Below, piece after piece: positions 1 through 9,237 of a stretch of 24,787 bases of DNA (position 1 is the first letter of the stretch; each line of letters starts with the position of its first letter). A program made the translations under genes and the position numbers. The notes under the pieces were generated by a model that was not told where the DNA came from, did not search any database, and saw nothing but the letters and a program-made list of their open reading frames with translations. Origin of the DNA: a virus (Duplodnaviria; Caudoviricetes); the IMG/VR virus record IMGVR_UViG_3300037424_000068, positions 1 to 24,787 of that record; one strand, given 5' to 3'.

Positions 1-3
1 AAA

Positions 4-53
4 GCCAGCCTCCTGACCAGAGGGAGCAACGGAGTGCAAATCAGGAGGCTGGC
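4..53 (-). terminator. Probable intrinsic terminator of the late/lysis operon (13-bp perfect stem, 24-nt loop)
   Basis: GCCAGCCTCCTGA (4-16) is the exact reverse complement of TCAGGAGGCTGGC (41-53); lies 13 nt after the holin stop; followed by TTT on the minus strand at the window edge. Confidence 0.7.
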
Positions 54-66
54 CGTTCGTGTGCTA

Positions 67-297
67 CTACAGGAAGCCGTCAGGGCCTCGTGGAGCAGCT
101 GGGGGAAGGGTTCCTCCGCTGACTGGCTGCTTGGCGTTGGGGGTCTGCCAAACCCCGTACGCGACGACGAGAGCGATCGCGAGCCCGATCCATTCCGAGT
201 TCGTGATCTCTTCGTCGCTGACAGCGGCGTTGATGGTGGTGGCAGCCAGTCCCACAATGGCGACGATTGCCTTGGCGATCTTTCCGAACGACATCAT
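67..297 (-). CDS. Holin (two predicted TM helices)
   Basis: Hydrophobic segments KAIVAIVGLAATTINAAV and WIGLAIALVVAYGVW; GVWQTPN resembles actinophage holin motif; last gene of the lysis cassette; ATGA overlap with upstream gene. Confidence 0.75.
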   Translation of the reverse strand: MMSFGKIAKAIVAIVGLAATTINAAVSDEEITNSEWIGLAIALVVAYGVWQTPNAKQPVSGGTLPPAAPRGPDGFL

Positions 298-578
298 GTT
301 GATGTCCCCTTCTGACGCTCCTCAACCATGCCACGGTTAAAGGAGTCTCGCTCCGCAACCATAGCTCGGACGAAAGCGTCCTTGGCGAGTAGTAGCTGTC
401 GCAGACCGAACGACAGCTCGTAGCCGTCAGAGAACTTCGAGACCATCTGGCCTGCCAGTTCCGCCGACGCCTTTGAGACCTCCTGGAGATGCGGGGGAAG
501 GTGGCCCCACTCGAACAGAGACATCAGGTGCATTGTCTCTGCACTCCGGCCCTCGTAGGGCAGGATGTTCTCGGTCAC
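294..578 (-). CDS. Conserved small phage helical-hairpin protein (FxxxHLPPHLQxVS...GLRxLLxAKDxxVRA type), possibly Acb2/Tad1-like
   Basis: 94 aa, 4-bp overlaps with both endolysin (GTGA) and holin (ATGA); motif recognised as widespread in phages; function inferred only. Confidence 0.65.
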   Translation of the reverse strand: MTENILPYEGRSAETMHLMSLFEWGHLPPHLQEVSKASAELAGQMVSKFSDGYELSFGLRQLLLAKDAFVRAMVAERDSFNRGMVEERQKGTST

Positions 579-1282
579 TTGATCGCCGCCAATGCCTTGG
601 CCATCGCTGTGGCACTCTTCGGACCGTACTCGCCGTCCTTGACCAGGTGGAACTTGTCCTGGAAGGCCTCGAGAGTGAGTGTGGTCAGGATACCGAAGTT
701 ACCGTCTGTAGCCAACTTCGAGCCGAGCACCTTGTTCAAGCACTTCTGCAGAGCCTCCACCCTGGTACCCATGCTGCCTCTGATCAGCATCGGAGAACCG
801 GACGGCACCTTGAGCGGAGCGATCGCGAAGTTGTTCTTGCCGTAGCCGACGATGTATGTACTGTCGCGGACTACCTTCTTGCAGTACCCACCTGAGATGT
901 TGCCCTCGATGGTGTGGATCTCTGAGCCCTCGACGCGCTCGACGATTCCGACGTGATCGATGTAGTCGATCTTCCGGGAGCCCCTCCAGTCGAAGAACAC
1001 AGTTTGGCCTGCAGTGATGCCTGCTGTGCCGAAGGCGAACCGGCCCTGCTTGTGGTACCACTCTGCATGCCAGACCGTGTAAGCGAACTCACCAACGGTC
1101 GTACCGTTGCCTGAGAGTGCACCCCACATGGTGACTGCCATGTCGCACCAGGCACCCGGACCGATGGGGTCGACGTGCTTGTTGTACCAGGTGACGATGT
1201 AGTTCCTGTTCGAGCCTGGCGGTGTCTCTCCCGTGCCGAGCGACTTTCTGGCTTCGGCGATGAAGGCTGCCCTGGTACCCAT
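575..1282 (-). CDS. Endolysin: N-terminal CHAP peptidase plus C-terminal peptidoglycan-binding domain
   Basis: CHAP motifs AWCDMAV (Cys), DHVGIVE (His), TIEGN; PG_binding_1-like LIRGSMGTRVEALQ...DGNFG...FQ...DGEYGPKS. Confidence 0.9.
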   Translation of the reverse strand: MGTRAAFIAEARKSLGTGETPPGSNRNYIVTWYNKHVDPIGPGAWCDMAVTMWGALSGNGTTVGEFAYTVWHAEWYHKQGRFAFGTAGITAGQTVFFDWRGSRKIDYIDHVGIVERVEGSEIHTIEGNISGGYCKKVVRDSTYIVGYGKNNFAIAPLKVPSGSPMLIRGSMGTRVEALQKCLNKVLGSKLATDGNFGILTTLTLEAFQDKFHLVKDGEYGPKSATAMAKALAAIK

Positions 1283-1395
1283 CAGCCCTCCAGCTCGACG
1301 TCGTCATCGAACTCGGCGGGATCCTGGTTGGCTTCCCTGACACCCTCAACCACTGGTGCCTGGTTCGGCCACTTGACTTCCTTCTCCTTGTCCAT
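1282..1395 (-). CDS. 37-aa acidic peptide coupled to endolysin
   Basis: ATG at 1395 preceded by GAGGGAG; MDKEKEVKWPNQAPVVEGVREANQDPAEFDDDVELEG; TGATG stop/start overlap with endolysin; shortened from ORF-track 1282..1509. Confidence 0.6.
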   Translation of the reverse strand: MDKEKEVKWPNQAPVVEGVREANQDPAEFDDDVELEG

Positions 1396-1415
1396 GCTCC
1401 CTCTTGTCCCTTCTA

Positions 1416-1676
1416 TTACTCCGATGCGGGGTAGATCTTCTCCTCGCGGTGAACGGTAGTCTTGATGATGGTGGACGTGTCCGCCGCCGGTACGTTCTCC
1501 AGGAGCCACACGCGCACTGCTTCCGCGAGCCCGTCCATGTCGACCTCGAGCTCGTGTCGTACCAGGATGAGTTTGACCTCACCAAAGGACGCAGCAGACC
1601 CATCGACGTCGGTGACCCGTACGTTGATGTACTCCTGTACCGGTGCTCCTGGTAGAGACTTTTCAAAGTCTGTCAT
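1416..1676 (-). CDS. Hypothetical protein (86 aa) after the last tail gene
   Basis: ATG at 1676 with AGAGGGAG RBS; fills the gap between tail gene and lysis cassette; start trimmed from ORF-track 1724. Confidence 0.7.
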   Translation of the reverse strand: MTDFEKSLPGAPVQEYINVRVTDVDGSAASFGEVKLILVRHELEVDMDGLAEAVRVWLLENVPAADTSTIIKTTVHREEKIYPASE

Positions 1677-1689
1677 CTGTCTCCCTCTG

Positions 1690-2382
1690 TTAGAAACCGT
1701 CACGCCTGATACAGACTCCGCCAAACCAAGAGCCTGTGGCGTTAAGTGCGATGCCGCCGTTCTGGAAGATCTTCACGTCCACTGTGTCGCTTGCATCCAA
1801 TTGAGCCATCGCGAACGCTGTCTGCGGGTGACCGTCTGAAGTGTTGTTCGGGGTCATCGTAGCTGCACCCAAGATGTTGTTGCCTGAGTCTCGAATGGTG
1901 TTCTGCCTCTTGCCCGTAGCAGAACCTGATGCCGTGATACTGTAGCTAGCGAACATGTAGAAGCCTGTGTATGGCACAGTTACCGTTGTGCCGCTAGACC
2001 ACCAAGTGTTCGGCTGCTCAACGATCGAGTCCTCCCAGCTGATCGTCGTGTCAGCGCCACTTGTACAAGACGTTGCTGTCGTCCGAGTCAAGAAGAAGAC
2101 TGGCGTGATCACCAAGTAGTCGACGAGACCCTGCCAGGTCGTACCTGTGTAGGCCTGCAATTGGTTGAGACTCGTTAGGACAGCCAGCATACCCTCTGCT
2201 GGTGTGCCGATCAGCTCATCGCGCTCTGTCGCATCGACGGCTGACAGCACACTGTACCACGGGGCAGAACGCGCTCGGCGTTCTAGGTCAGCTACTCGAG
2301 ACTGCAGCTGATTGATGACTAGGGTACCGTCATCAGGCTTTTGGTACTTGTTGTTATTTCCTGAGTTAGCTGGCACCTTCAT
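1690..2382 (-). CDS. Minor tail protein / putative receptor-binding protein with C-terminal C1q/TNF-like beta domain
   Basis: N-terminal coiled segment LQSRVADLERR typical of actinophage minor tail proteins; VTVPYTGFYMF...QLDASDTVDVKIFQ pattern; start may instead be GTG at 2376. Confidence 0.7.
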   Translation of the reverse strand: MKVPANSGNNNKYQKPDDGTLVINQLQSRVADLERRARSAPWYSVLSAVDATERDELIGTPAEGMLAVLTSLNQLQAYTGTTWQGLVDYLVITPVFFLTRTTATSCTSGADTTISWEDSIVEQPNTWWSSGTTVTVPYTGFYMFASYSITASGSATGKRQNTIRDSGNNILGAATMTPNNTSDGHPQTAFAMAQLDASDTVDVKIFQNGGIALNATGSWFGGVCIRRDGF

Positions 2383-3466
2383 CCCCCTCTAGGACCAAGG
2401 AAACCTCTTCAATGGATTCAGAACTGGAAGGTGTTACACTCCAGCCCACCACGCGTGTCAAGAACTCTACACCGTCAGGATTCCGAGGATCTTCAACCGT
2501 GACACGTGCATCGTCACCCAAGCTGTACGAGCCAAAGACAGGTTCCTCGGTGGCGATCAATTGCAGAGTGAAACGGTTGCTGCCGATAGCCATGTTGGCC
2601 ATGTCACTCGCTGCGTGGTTGTCGATCGTCAGCTGGACTGTGACGCCTGCGTAGTTGTTGGTGTCCTCAAGTAGTGGGTAGGAGATCTGCGAATCAAGAT
2701 CCGTCGCTTCACCGATACGGAGCCCGACTCCTTCACCCTCACCTGTTGCGTAGTGATGGTTAGTCCAACCAGTCGCGTTCTCTGTCCGGTAGTAATTGCT
2801 AATGCATCCGGGGTAGTCAAGGATGACACCGCTGGCACTAATGTCCTGGCCGAGCCTGGGATAGCCAACCGTTACAATGCTTCGAGGTAGACCGTTCTCC
2901 TCGTAGTACTCAATGGCGTAGTCGCAGCCGTCATCGAGGTTTGTAATGCCGTCGATCAGCTCCCCGTAGGTATTCAGGTCCCAGGGATTGATTGTCCGCG
3001 TCCGAGTGATGTCCCCTGACGGGAACGGCTGCACTGCCCCCAACACTCCGATCGAACCGTTAGTTGCTGACTGCATCAGCGTCCAGAAGTAGTCCACCAT
3101 GTGAGACTGAGTCATGTCCAGGTACGTAATACCCTGAGCAGCCGGACGACAGATTCGCCGGTAGGCGTAGGACTCAAACGTCTGTGCTGAAATTTGGATC
3201 GACTTGGCTTGCGACTGGTATACCCTCGACCAGATAATTCCGCCCCAGACGATCTGGTCCTCTCGGTAGACGTAGAGCGCCGTCTTTGCCGGTGTGGTGT
3301 ACTGGAGGATGTCCTCGTTCTCGGTCCAACCATTGTCGAGGTTACAACTGGCATTCAAGTTCCCAGGCTTGTTCAGCAGCCTGTCGAACGAGACACCATG
3401 CAGGGGCATGTCCCCCAAGATGATGCCTGTCTTGAGGTCACAGAACAAGTATGAGTAGACTGCCAT
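2366..3466 (-). CDS. Minor tail protein (baseplate hub/Tal-like, ReqiPepy6 gp37-like)
   Basis: YLFCDLKTG...LN.PG...WGGIIW and YSLGDDARV...RVVGWSV motifs; position downstream of Dit. Confidence 0.75.
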   Translation of the reverse strand: MAVYSYLFCDLKTGIILGDMPLHGVSFDRLLNKPGNLNASCNLDNGWTENEDILQYTTPAKTALYVYREDQIVWGGIIWSRVYQSQAKSIQISAQTFESYAYRRICRPAAQGITYLDMTQSHMVDYFWTLMQSATNGSIGVLGAVQPFPSGDITRTRTINPWDLNTYGELIDGITNLDDGCDYAIEYYEENGLPRSIVTVGYPRLGQDISASGVILDYPGCISNYYRTENATGWTNHHYATGEGEGVGLRIGEATDLDSQISYPLLEDTNNYAGVTVQLTIDNHAASDMANMAIGSNRFTLQLIATEEPVFGSYSLGDDARVTVEDPRNPDGVEFLTRVVGWSVTPSSSESIEEVSLVLEGDEGAS

Positions 3467-4512
3467 TATGCTGCCTCGTATGACCCTTCAAAGGAGAACA
3501 GGTTACCTGCACCCGACCACGTGGACGGAGATGTGTTAGTGACGTTCAGAATCGCACCACCGTTGTGCACCTGGAGGAAGCCATACGTGCCGTTACCGAT
3601 GTTGGCTTGGCCAACGTACACGAGACTGGTGTTGTACACACGGCACGGGATGTACTGCTCCCCGTAGCTGGTGTTGGAGTTGACCGGCAAGCTGATCCGG
3701 TACTGCCCCGAGCCGTACGTCGTTGTCGTACCCGACGTGATGTTCGCTCGAACGAGGACCTGCTTGCCCAGCTGTACATACCTGCCCGTGATCGATCCGT
3801 TGCCGAGGCTTGGGTTGACCGACGCCGCTGTCCAAGATGGTGTGTAAGCCTTCCAGGAAGCACCGGACGAGAGGTACTGGTACGCAGAACCGTCGTAGTA
3901 CTTGAGCGTCTGGGTGTCGTACTCGTAGATGATCAGGCCAGCATGCGGCGAGCTGGGGTTCGTTGTGTTGGTACACGGCACCGCTCCGAGTCCACCGAAG
4001 TAGGTTCGACTGTCATCGACCTTGCCCGACAGGTTCGTGATCGCCGGGTCAACACGAATCGTTCCCAGGATCAGTGACCGCGAAGGCACTGTCGGCAACG
4101 GAGCTGGCGCACCCGCGCTGTTCGTACCTTGAACGACTGCCAACTTCCAAGCACTCACACCGTCGCCGAACGACGTGTCTTCCACCTGCGCAATGATGAG
4201 GTCGCGACGATACTGTGTTGCGTGAGCCGCTGCGATCGTGATGTTCACCGATGCATCGTTCACACAGTGATAGGCGCCCGACCATGCTGATCCTGTAGAC
4301 ACCCAGCACATGCCCGTGTTGACAGATGCCTGCATGATCGAGCCAGAGCCTGTGACCTGCAGACGGTTGCCATACATCGGGTTGACACCACTACGTGGAG
4401 ACGTAGCTCCAAGTGTCGCTCCACCGATCATCGAGCCGAAGGCTGCACGCATACCTGTAGCCGAGTGATCTGTACGACTCTGCAACGCGTACGGTGGGTT
4501 GATTGCTGTCAT
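3466..4512 (-). CDS. Minor tail protein / tail fibre
   Basis: RRDLIIAQVED...VVQGT...P..P motif of actinophage minor tail proteins; C-terminal WKAYTPSW...GNGSITGRYVQLGK fibre-type domain; GGAGG RBS. Confidence 0.75.
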   Translation of the reverse strand: MTAINPPYALQSRTDHSATGMRAAFGSMIGGATLGATSPRSGVNPMYGNRLQVTGSGSIMQASVNTGMCWVSTGSAWSGAYHCVNDASVNITIAAAHATQYRRDLIIAQVEDTSFGDGVSAWKLAVVQGTNSAGAPAPLPTVPSRSLILGTIRVDPAITNLSGKVDDSRTYFGGLGAVPCTNTTNPSSPHAGLIIYEYDTQTLKYYDGSAYQYLSSGASWKAYTPSWTAASVNPSLGNGSITGRYVQLGKQVLVRANITSGTTTTYGSGQYRISLPVNSNTSYGEQYIPCRVYNTSLVYVGQANIGNGTYGFLQVHNGGAILNVTNTSPSTWSGAGNLFSFEGSYEAA

Positions 4513-4523
4513 GACTTGCCTCC

Positions 4524-5645
4524 TTAATACCAGGTGTTGTACACGTTGACGTCGTATGTAGGAATGCCTGCTACCAACTTATCTCCTGACACTGTCACAG
4601 CTGTCGCCGACGGTGAGAAGAAGATGTCAGTGTTACCTGCAGCAGACACCTTACTCGTCACAGTGACCGTGTACGGCTCCTTGTTGGCACTGAGAGAGTT
4701 CTGCAACCAGCAGGTGTCGCCCACGTTGATGTCAGCAGCGTCAGCATCTGTCGTGTGCAAGTAGTCCGTCGTAGCTGACGTACCCGTACCTGTCGCAGTG
4801 CCCGTCAAATCCAAGTCGCCCGTGAACGTGATTGTGCTCGGCTGTCCAGGATCGACGTAGAACCATCTCGACCCAGCCAATAGCAGGCCGCGAATGCTAC
4901 CGACACCGTTGAGAACAGCCGTGTGCTTCCTCGTGTCGATGTAGACGATGTCGCCCGTGAGCAAGCTGGTGTTGAACGAGATCGTACGACCCGTGTTACT
5001 CTCCGTCAGCGTCGGCGTAGTAACAGGTCCGCGGATCGTGATGAGCGGGTAGGCTCGGTGGTTGCCAAAGTTGCTGACCGTCACACCAGGGTTAACGACT
5101 GAGCCGCCGAAGCTCAAGTTGAACGCCAGGTCGAATCCAAAGCCTGTATTCGATGCAATGACCGAACCAGAGTAGATGTTGATGCCTGCGTCGTAGATGT
5201 AAGGTGTCGGACACGTCATCAGGAACTGTACCGGAGTCTGTCCGATGCGCCTCAGTTGTTCAACATTGTATCGAACACCCAACGGCTTGGCGAACACCAC
5301 ACGCACTGGCTTGCCTGGATGTTTGAAGTAGAACGGGACCTCAACCGTAGAGGGCCTGAAGTCGTACTTCAGACTGTCCAGGATCGTTTCAGGATCGTTA
5401 CCGTCTGCGAAGATCGTTCCGCTCATCGTGAGAACCCTGGCCCTCAGGAACTCTGCATCGGTGTAGCCACCGTCGACGCCTTCATGGTCATGCTCCGAGA
5501 TACGATACTCGGGCGTGTCCAGCCCCTCGACAGTGGTGATGTCGACAAAGGGAAGGGTAGCGGCGACGCCTGCAGCAGTAGGATTGAGCACAGTTCCAAC
5601 ATCACCGAACTGGTACTCGTAGTCGTTGAGTACAGGGACAGCCAT
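4524..5645 (-). CDS. Distal tail protein (Dit) with a C-terminal insertion
   Basis: Directly follows the tape measure gene; Dit-like FLMTCPTPYIY and NFGNHRAYPLITIRGP; start reassigned to ATG 5645 (MAVPVLND) with GGAAGGAG RBS. Confidence 0.8.
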   Translation of the reverse strand: MAVPVLNDYEYQFGDVGTVLNPTAAGVAATLPFVDITTVEGLDTPEYRISEHDHEGVDGGYTDAEFLRARVLTMSGTIFADGNDPETILDSLKYDFRPSTVEVPFYFKHPGKPVRVVFAKPLGVRYNVEQLRRIGQTPVQFLMTCPTPYIYDAGINIYSGSVIASNTGFGFDLAFNLSFGGSVVNPGVTVSNFGNHRAYPLITIRGPVTTPTLTESNTGRTISFNTSLLTGDIVYIDTRKHTAVLNGVGSIRGLLLAGSRWFYVDPGQPSTITFTGDLDLTGTATGTGTSATTDYLHTTDADAADINVGDTCWLQNSLSANKEPYTVTVTSKVSAAGNTDIFFSPSATAVTVSGDKLVAGIPTYDVNVYNTWY

Positions 5646-5656
5646 CAGACTCCTTC

Positions 5657-8600
5657 CTAAGTGTCGGCTCGCCGACTGATTTCCCAGCCGAGCTCTGATG
5701 CGTGACGGCGTGGATCGATCTCTTGCGTGTACACGTTCACCAACACACCAGCACGACCTCTGTCCCACTGCTCAGTCTGTGCAGGGTTGAGAATACGTTC
5801 TTTCTGACCAGTGTTGTTTCTAACGAAGGCATGCAGACCCGGCGAAAGGTATCCGCCATCGTCGTACACCTCACCCTTACGCTTCCATCCTGGGAACAGT
5901 GTACTTGGGTCGCCGGAGTTCAAGACGCCGTTGGGTCCTACGGCTCTGCTGCCATTCATGAATGCTGCGGCAGCCTTCAAGGTCGCCATGCCACCACTAG
6001 CCATTGGCCAACGCCAGTCGGAGATCCCTGACCGCTGCCTCTCATGGACGAAGGTTCCGGTCTGCTGAGCTTCGATGATCCACCCCGGCTTGTCCGAGGC
6101 AAGGACAACGTGGCCCATGTGCGGGAAGCCTAGAGCGCCTGGACGCGGTACACCGATTGCACGAGACCGTGGGTGCTGCTCGTAAGTAACACCACCGATG
6201 TGCTTCTTGGCACCCTTCCACCACGCATACTCGGTCAGACCAGAGCAGTCGAACCCGAAGGTGTTAGCGCCACGACCGATACCGTAGGAGGGACCTCCTG
6301 GGCCACCACCACCCCAAGAGTAGGGGTACCCGATCATCCCCCGAGCTGCACCAACAACTCCTGCTCCACCCTTACCACCTGGGAAGAACTTCTTGGTCAG
6401 TGAAGCGAAGCCATCCATCAGCATGCTGACCATCTTCTTCGGCACTGCTGCGACGAGCTGGCCCCACTGTGTACCGGTGATCTTCTTCAGCAGTGCCAGA
6501 GGCGCTGCCATGATCTTCTTGATGATCTTCTTCGGGTCTGTGAGAGCGTCCGCCATGAAGGTAGCTGCATCCTTGATGCCACCCATGGCACTCTTGACGC
6601 CGCCCCAGGCATCGCCGAACCAGTCGCCGATGCCACCACCCTTCTTGAACCCGGGAGCCCCGCGGAACGAACCGTTGTTGATCGCCCACAACAGTCCAGC
6701 ATGCTTCTGGGCCGACCTAGCATTGACCACGAACTCTTTGTCCGACAGCAGAGCCGGGATCTTGTCGCCTCTAGGACCACCAGGACCGCGGATCAGACCA
6801 CCAGTAGCAGCCTTGATGCCATCGACGTGTGGTGCCTTGAACTTGTCACCGAGGCCAACGATCTTCGCCGCGATGTTCCAGACCTTGGCGATGCCGTTGT
6901 TCCAGACAACGTCGATGATGAAGTTGACCGGAGTAGCCATCGGCTTTCGGATCGAGTTCCAGATCGCGACGATGGATTTTACGCTGTTACTGAAACCTGT
7001 CTTGAGCGCGTTCCAGAAGTTAGTGAAGCCCGTCTTGATCGAGTTCCAGATCGACGACGCTTTGTCCTTGATGGCCGTCCAAGCAACGGACCACAGGATT
7101 CTGATGACCAGCAGTGCGGCCTTGATGTACGGTCCACACCACTTCCAGAACACCTGGAAGATGTACTTGATGCCGTTCCAGAGAGCAGTGAAAATGACCT
7201 TCATCACTGCAATGAAGATCCTGACCTTCAGGACGAAGTCGTTGAACTGCTTCTTGATGTACGGCCCGCACCACTTCCAGAACAGTGAAAAGACACCCTT
7301 GACGATCAGCCACATCGCGATGATAGGCGCAAGAGCTAGAGCCAGGTAGATCTTGATCAAGATGACGAAGGCCTGGAAGCCTACCTTGATGATCGTCCAG
7401 ATGACCTTGAGGGTCGTCTTGATAGGCGGCCAGATCGCGTTCCAGGCTGCCACGGTATACTTAACAATGGTGCCCCAGAGGTCCTTGAAGAACCCTGAGA
7501 TCGGCTTCCAGTACTTGATGATGAAGTAGGCAGCCACGCCGATGGCAACAATGGCTGCAACCACTCCGAGGAAGATACCGACGAGTGCCAGCATGCTCAC
7601 ACCAACTGCAGCAGCAGCAGCACCTATGATCATGATGACGCCCGAGACGGTCACAATGATACCGATCAGAGTGAGCAGCACAGCTGTGATCGCAAAGACC
7701 CAAGCGATCGTCTTCTTAGCGGCAGGGCTGAGGTTGTGAAGCCACTGGGCAAGTTTCGTGAACATCTTGACCAGTTTAAGGACGACGGGCAGAAGCTCAT
7801 CGCCCATCTCAGTCTTGAGGATCGCCCAGTTGTTCTTCAAAAGCTGAATGGCCGTAGCAGGTTCTTTGGCCATGATCTTATACGCATCACCGAGTGCCCC
7901 GGTGCTGTGCGTCATCGAGTTGGTCAAACTGTTGAGCTGATCGAAGTTTCTAACTGCAACGTCAAAGAAGCGTCTAGCTTGAATCGTACCGCCGGAGCCC
8001 TTGAAGAGTTCATACAGGACTTCGGCCATCTGCTTGCTATTGAACCCAGCCTGTTTGAACGACTTTCCTAGGTCCGTCATGATTTCGTTCATCGGACGGA
8101 ACTTGCCATTGGCGTCCACGATGCTGACACTGAGTGCCTTCATGTCGACGCCCATAGCCTTCATGCGAGCGATCTGCTCAGGCGTAGCCGTCTGTTCCAT
8201 GTAGGCGCCGAGCACTTCGAAGTGTGCAATCGTCTTTGGGTTCGAGATCGCATCGAGTGCACGTCCTGCAGAAGCAGAAGCCATGGCAGCACTGATACCG
8301 TTACGAGTCAGGAACGCCAGCATGCCAGCTAGGTTCTCGACCTCCTGACCGGCACGTACTGCGGAAGGAATGGAGCGACCAATAGTCCTGGCGAACTCTC
8401 CGTAGGTACCAACGCCCTTGCGGACGAGCTGGAACATGACGTCGTTGACCCTGTTGACGCCTTCTGCACCAAGCTTGTACGCGTTCAGGATACCGATCGT
8501 GCCACGAGCGGCTTCCTGAAGGTCAACCTGACCAGCGACCGCAGCCTTGGAGAACTCCTTCAGCAGGTGCTTCGAACCTTCGAGGCTGACGTCCATCGAG

Positions 8601-8977
8601 GAGAAGATGTCGTACAACGACTTCTGCATCTCTTCAAAGGGTGCGCCAATCTCGGAGGCAACGTCACGACCGACCTTCTTGATCTGCTCCAAGCTGATCT
8701 TCTGCTTATCAACCTGGGTCAGCGTCAGAGCTGAAGCACGGTTGTACTCTATGGCCTCTTTGGTCCAGTCGGCCATGACCTTGATGCCTGCAGCACCAAC
8801 AGCCATGATACCGACACCAGCAGACGTAAGAGCTCGACCCCTCTCCATCTGCTGGTCCATAGCACGTCGCTGGTCGCGATTCAGCCTCCCCAGGGAGCGA
8901 CCCAGAGCATGGACGGAACGCGAAGCCTCGTCTCTTGCTCGAAGGATCAGCAGAAGCTCACGTGCTCCGAGTGCCAT
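5657..8977 (-). CDS. Tape measure protein with C-terminal NlpC/P60 peptidase domain
   Basis: 1106 aa, TP901-like helical core, hydrophobic stretch, Trp-periodic repeats, ATGG.I.GPGGPRGDKIPALLSDKEFVV motif, GYPYSWGG...FDCSGL...GHV NlpC/P60 motifs. Confidence 0.95.
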   Translation of the reverse strand: MALGARELLLILRARDEASRSVHALGRSLGRLNRDQRRAMDQQMERGRALTSAGVGIMAVGAAGIKVMADWTKEAIEYNRASALTLTQVDKQKISLEQIKKVGRDVASEIGAPFEEMQKSLYDIFSSMDVSLEGSKHLLKEFSKAAVAGQVDLQEAARGTIGILNAYKLGAEGVNRVNDVMFQLVRKGVGTYGEFARTIGRSIPSAVRAGQEVENLAGMLAFLTRNGISAAMASASAGRALDAISNPKTIAHFEVLGAYMEQTATPEQIARMKAMGVDMKALSVSIVDANGKFRPMNEIMTDLGKSFKQAGFNSKQMAEVLYELFKGSGGTIQARRFFDVAVRNFDQLNSLTNSMTHSTGALGDAYKIMAKEPATAIQLLKNNWAILKTEMGDELLPVVLKLVKMFTKLAQWLHNLSPAAKKTIAWVFAITAVLLTLIGIIVTVSGVIMIIGAAAAAVGVSMLALVGIFLGVVAAIVAIGVAAYFIIKYWKPISGFFKDLWGTIVKYTVAAWNAIWPPIKTTLKVIWTIIKVGFQAFVILIKIYLALALAPIIAMWLIVKGVFSLFWKWCGPYIKKQFNDFVLKVRIFIAVMKVIFTALWNGIKYIFQVFWKWCGPYIKAALLVIRILWSVAWTAIKDKASSIWNSIKTGFTNFWNALKTGFSNSVKSIVAIWNSIRKPMATPVNFIIDVVWNNGIAKVWNIAAKIVGLGDKFKAPHVDGIKAATGGLIRGPGGPRGDKIPALLSDKEFVVNARSAQKHAGLLWAINNGSFRGAPGFKKGGGIGDWFGDAWGGVKSAMGGIKDAATFMADALTDPKKIIKKIMAAPLALLKKITGTQWGQLVAAVPKKMVSMLMDGFASLTKKFFPGGKGGAGVVGAARGMIGYPYSWGGGGPGGPSYGIGRGANTFGFDCSGLTEYAWWKGAKKHIGGVTYEQHPRSRAIGVPRPGALGFPHMGHVVLASDKPGWIIEAQQTGTFVHERQRSGISDWRWPMASGGMATLKAAAAFMNGSRAVGPNGVLNSGDPSTLFPGWKRKGEVYDDGGYLSPGLHAFVRNNTGQKERILNPAQTEQWDRGRAGVLVNVYTQEIDPRRHASELGWEISRRADT

Positions 8978-8982
8978 TCAAT

Positions 8983-9237
8983 TCACCGTCCCTGCTTGGC
9001 TTCTCGCTCGGACTGCTTGGCTTCTCGTTCCTCACGCATCTGCCATGCTTCAAGCACGGTGGTCATGAGCCAGATGAGCAAGCTGTCCTGCTCCATCAAA
9101 CCGCCGGGACCGGGGAGGCACTTAATCTGCTTGCAGATGCCAGACATATGGATCACATGTCTGACTTGCTGTTCGACCACTGGATCCTGAATCTTGTATT
9201 GGTCGAACAGAATGCTTCCCCGAATCCCTACGATTAG
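8983..9237 (-). CDS. Tail assembly chaperone, post-frameshift segment (gpT-like)
   Basis: -1 frame is open from the slippery site at 9237 to the stop at 8983; contains LPGPGGLMEQD. Confidence 0.75.
   Translation of the reverse strand, partial: LIVGIRGSILFDQYKIQDPVVEQQVRHVIHMSGICKQIKCLPGPGGLMEQDSLLIWLMTTVLEAWQMREEREAKQSEREAKQGR

Noticed and set aside
1408-1422. AGTAATAGAAG resembling the conserved promoter core upstream of the lysis genes
   Set aside because: Lacks TATAAT and a -35; overlaps a stop codon; match too weak
7121-7285. Duplicated FWKWCGPYIK segment in the tape measure gene
   Set aside because: Ordinary internal repeat of tape measure proteins
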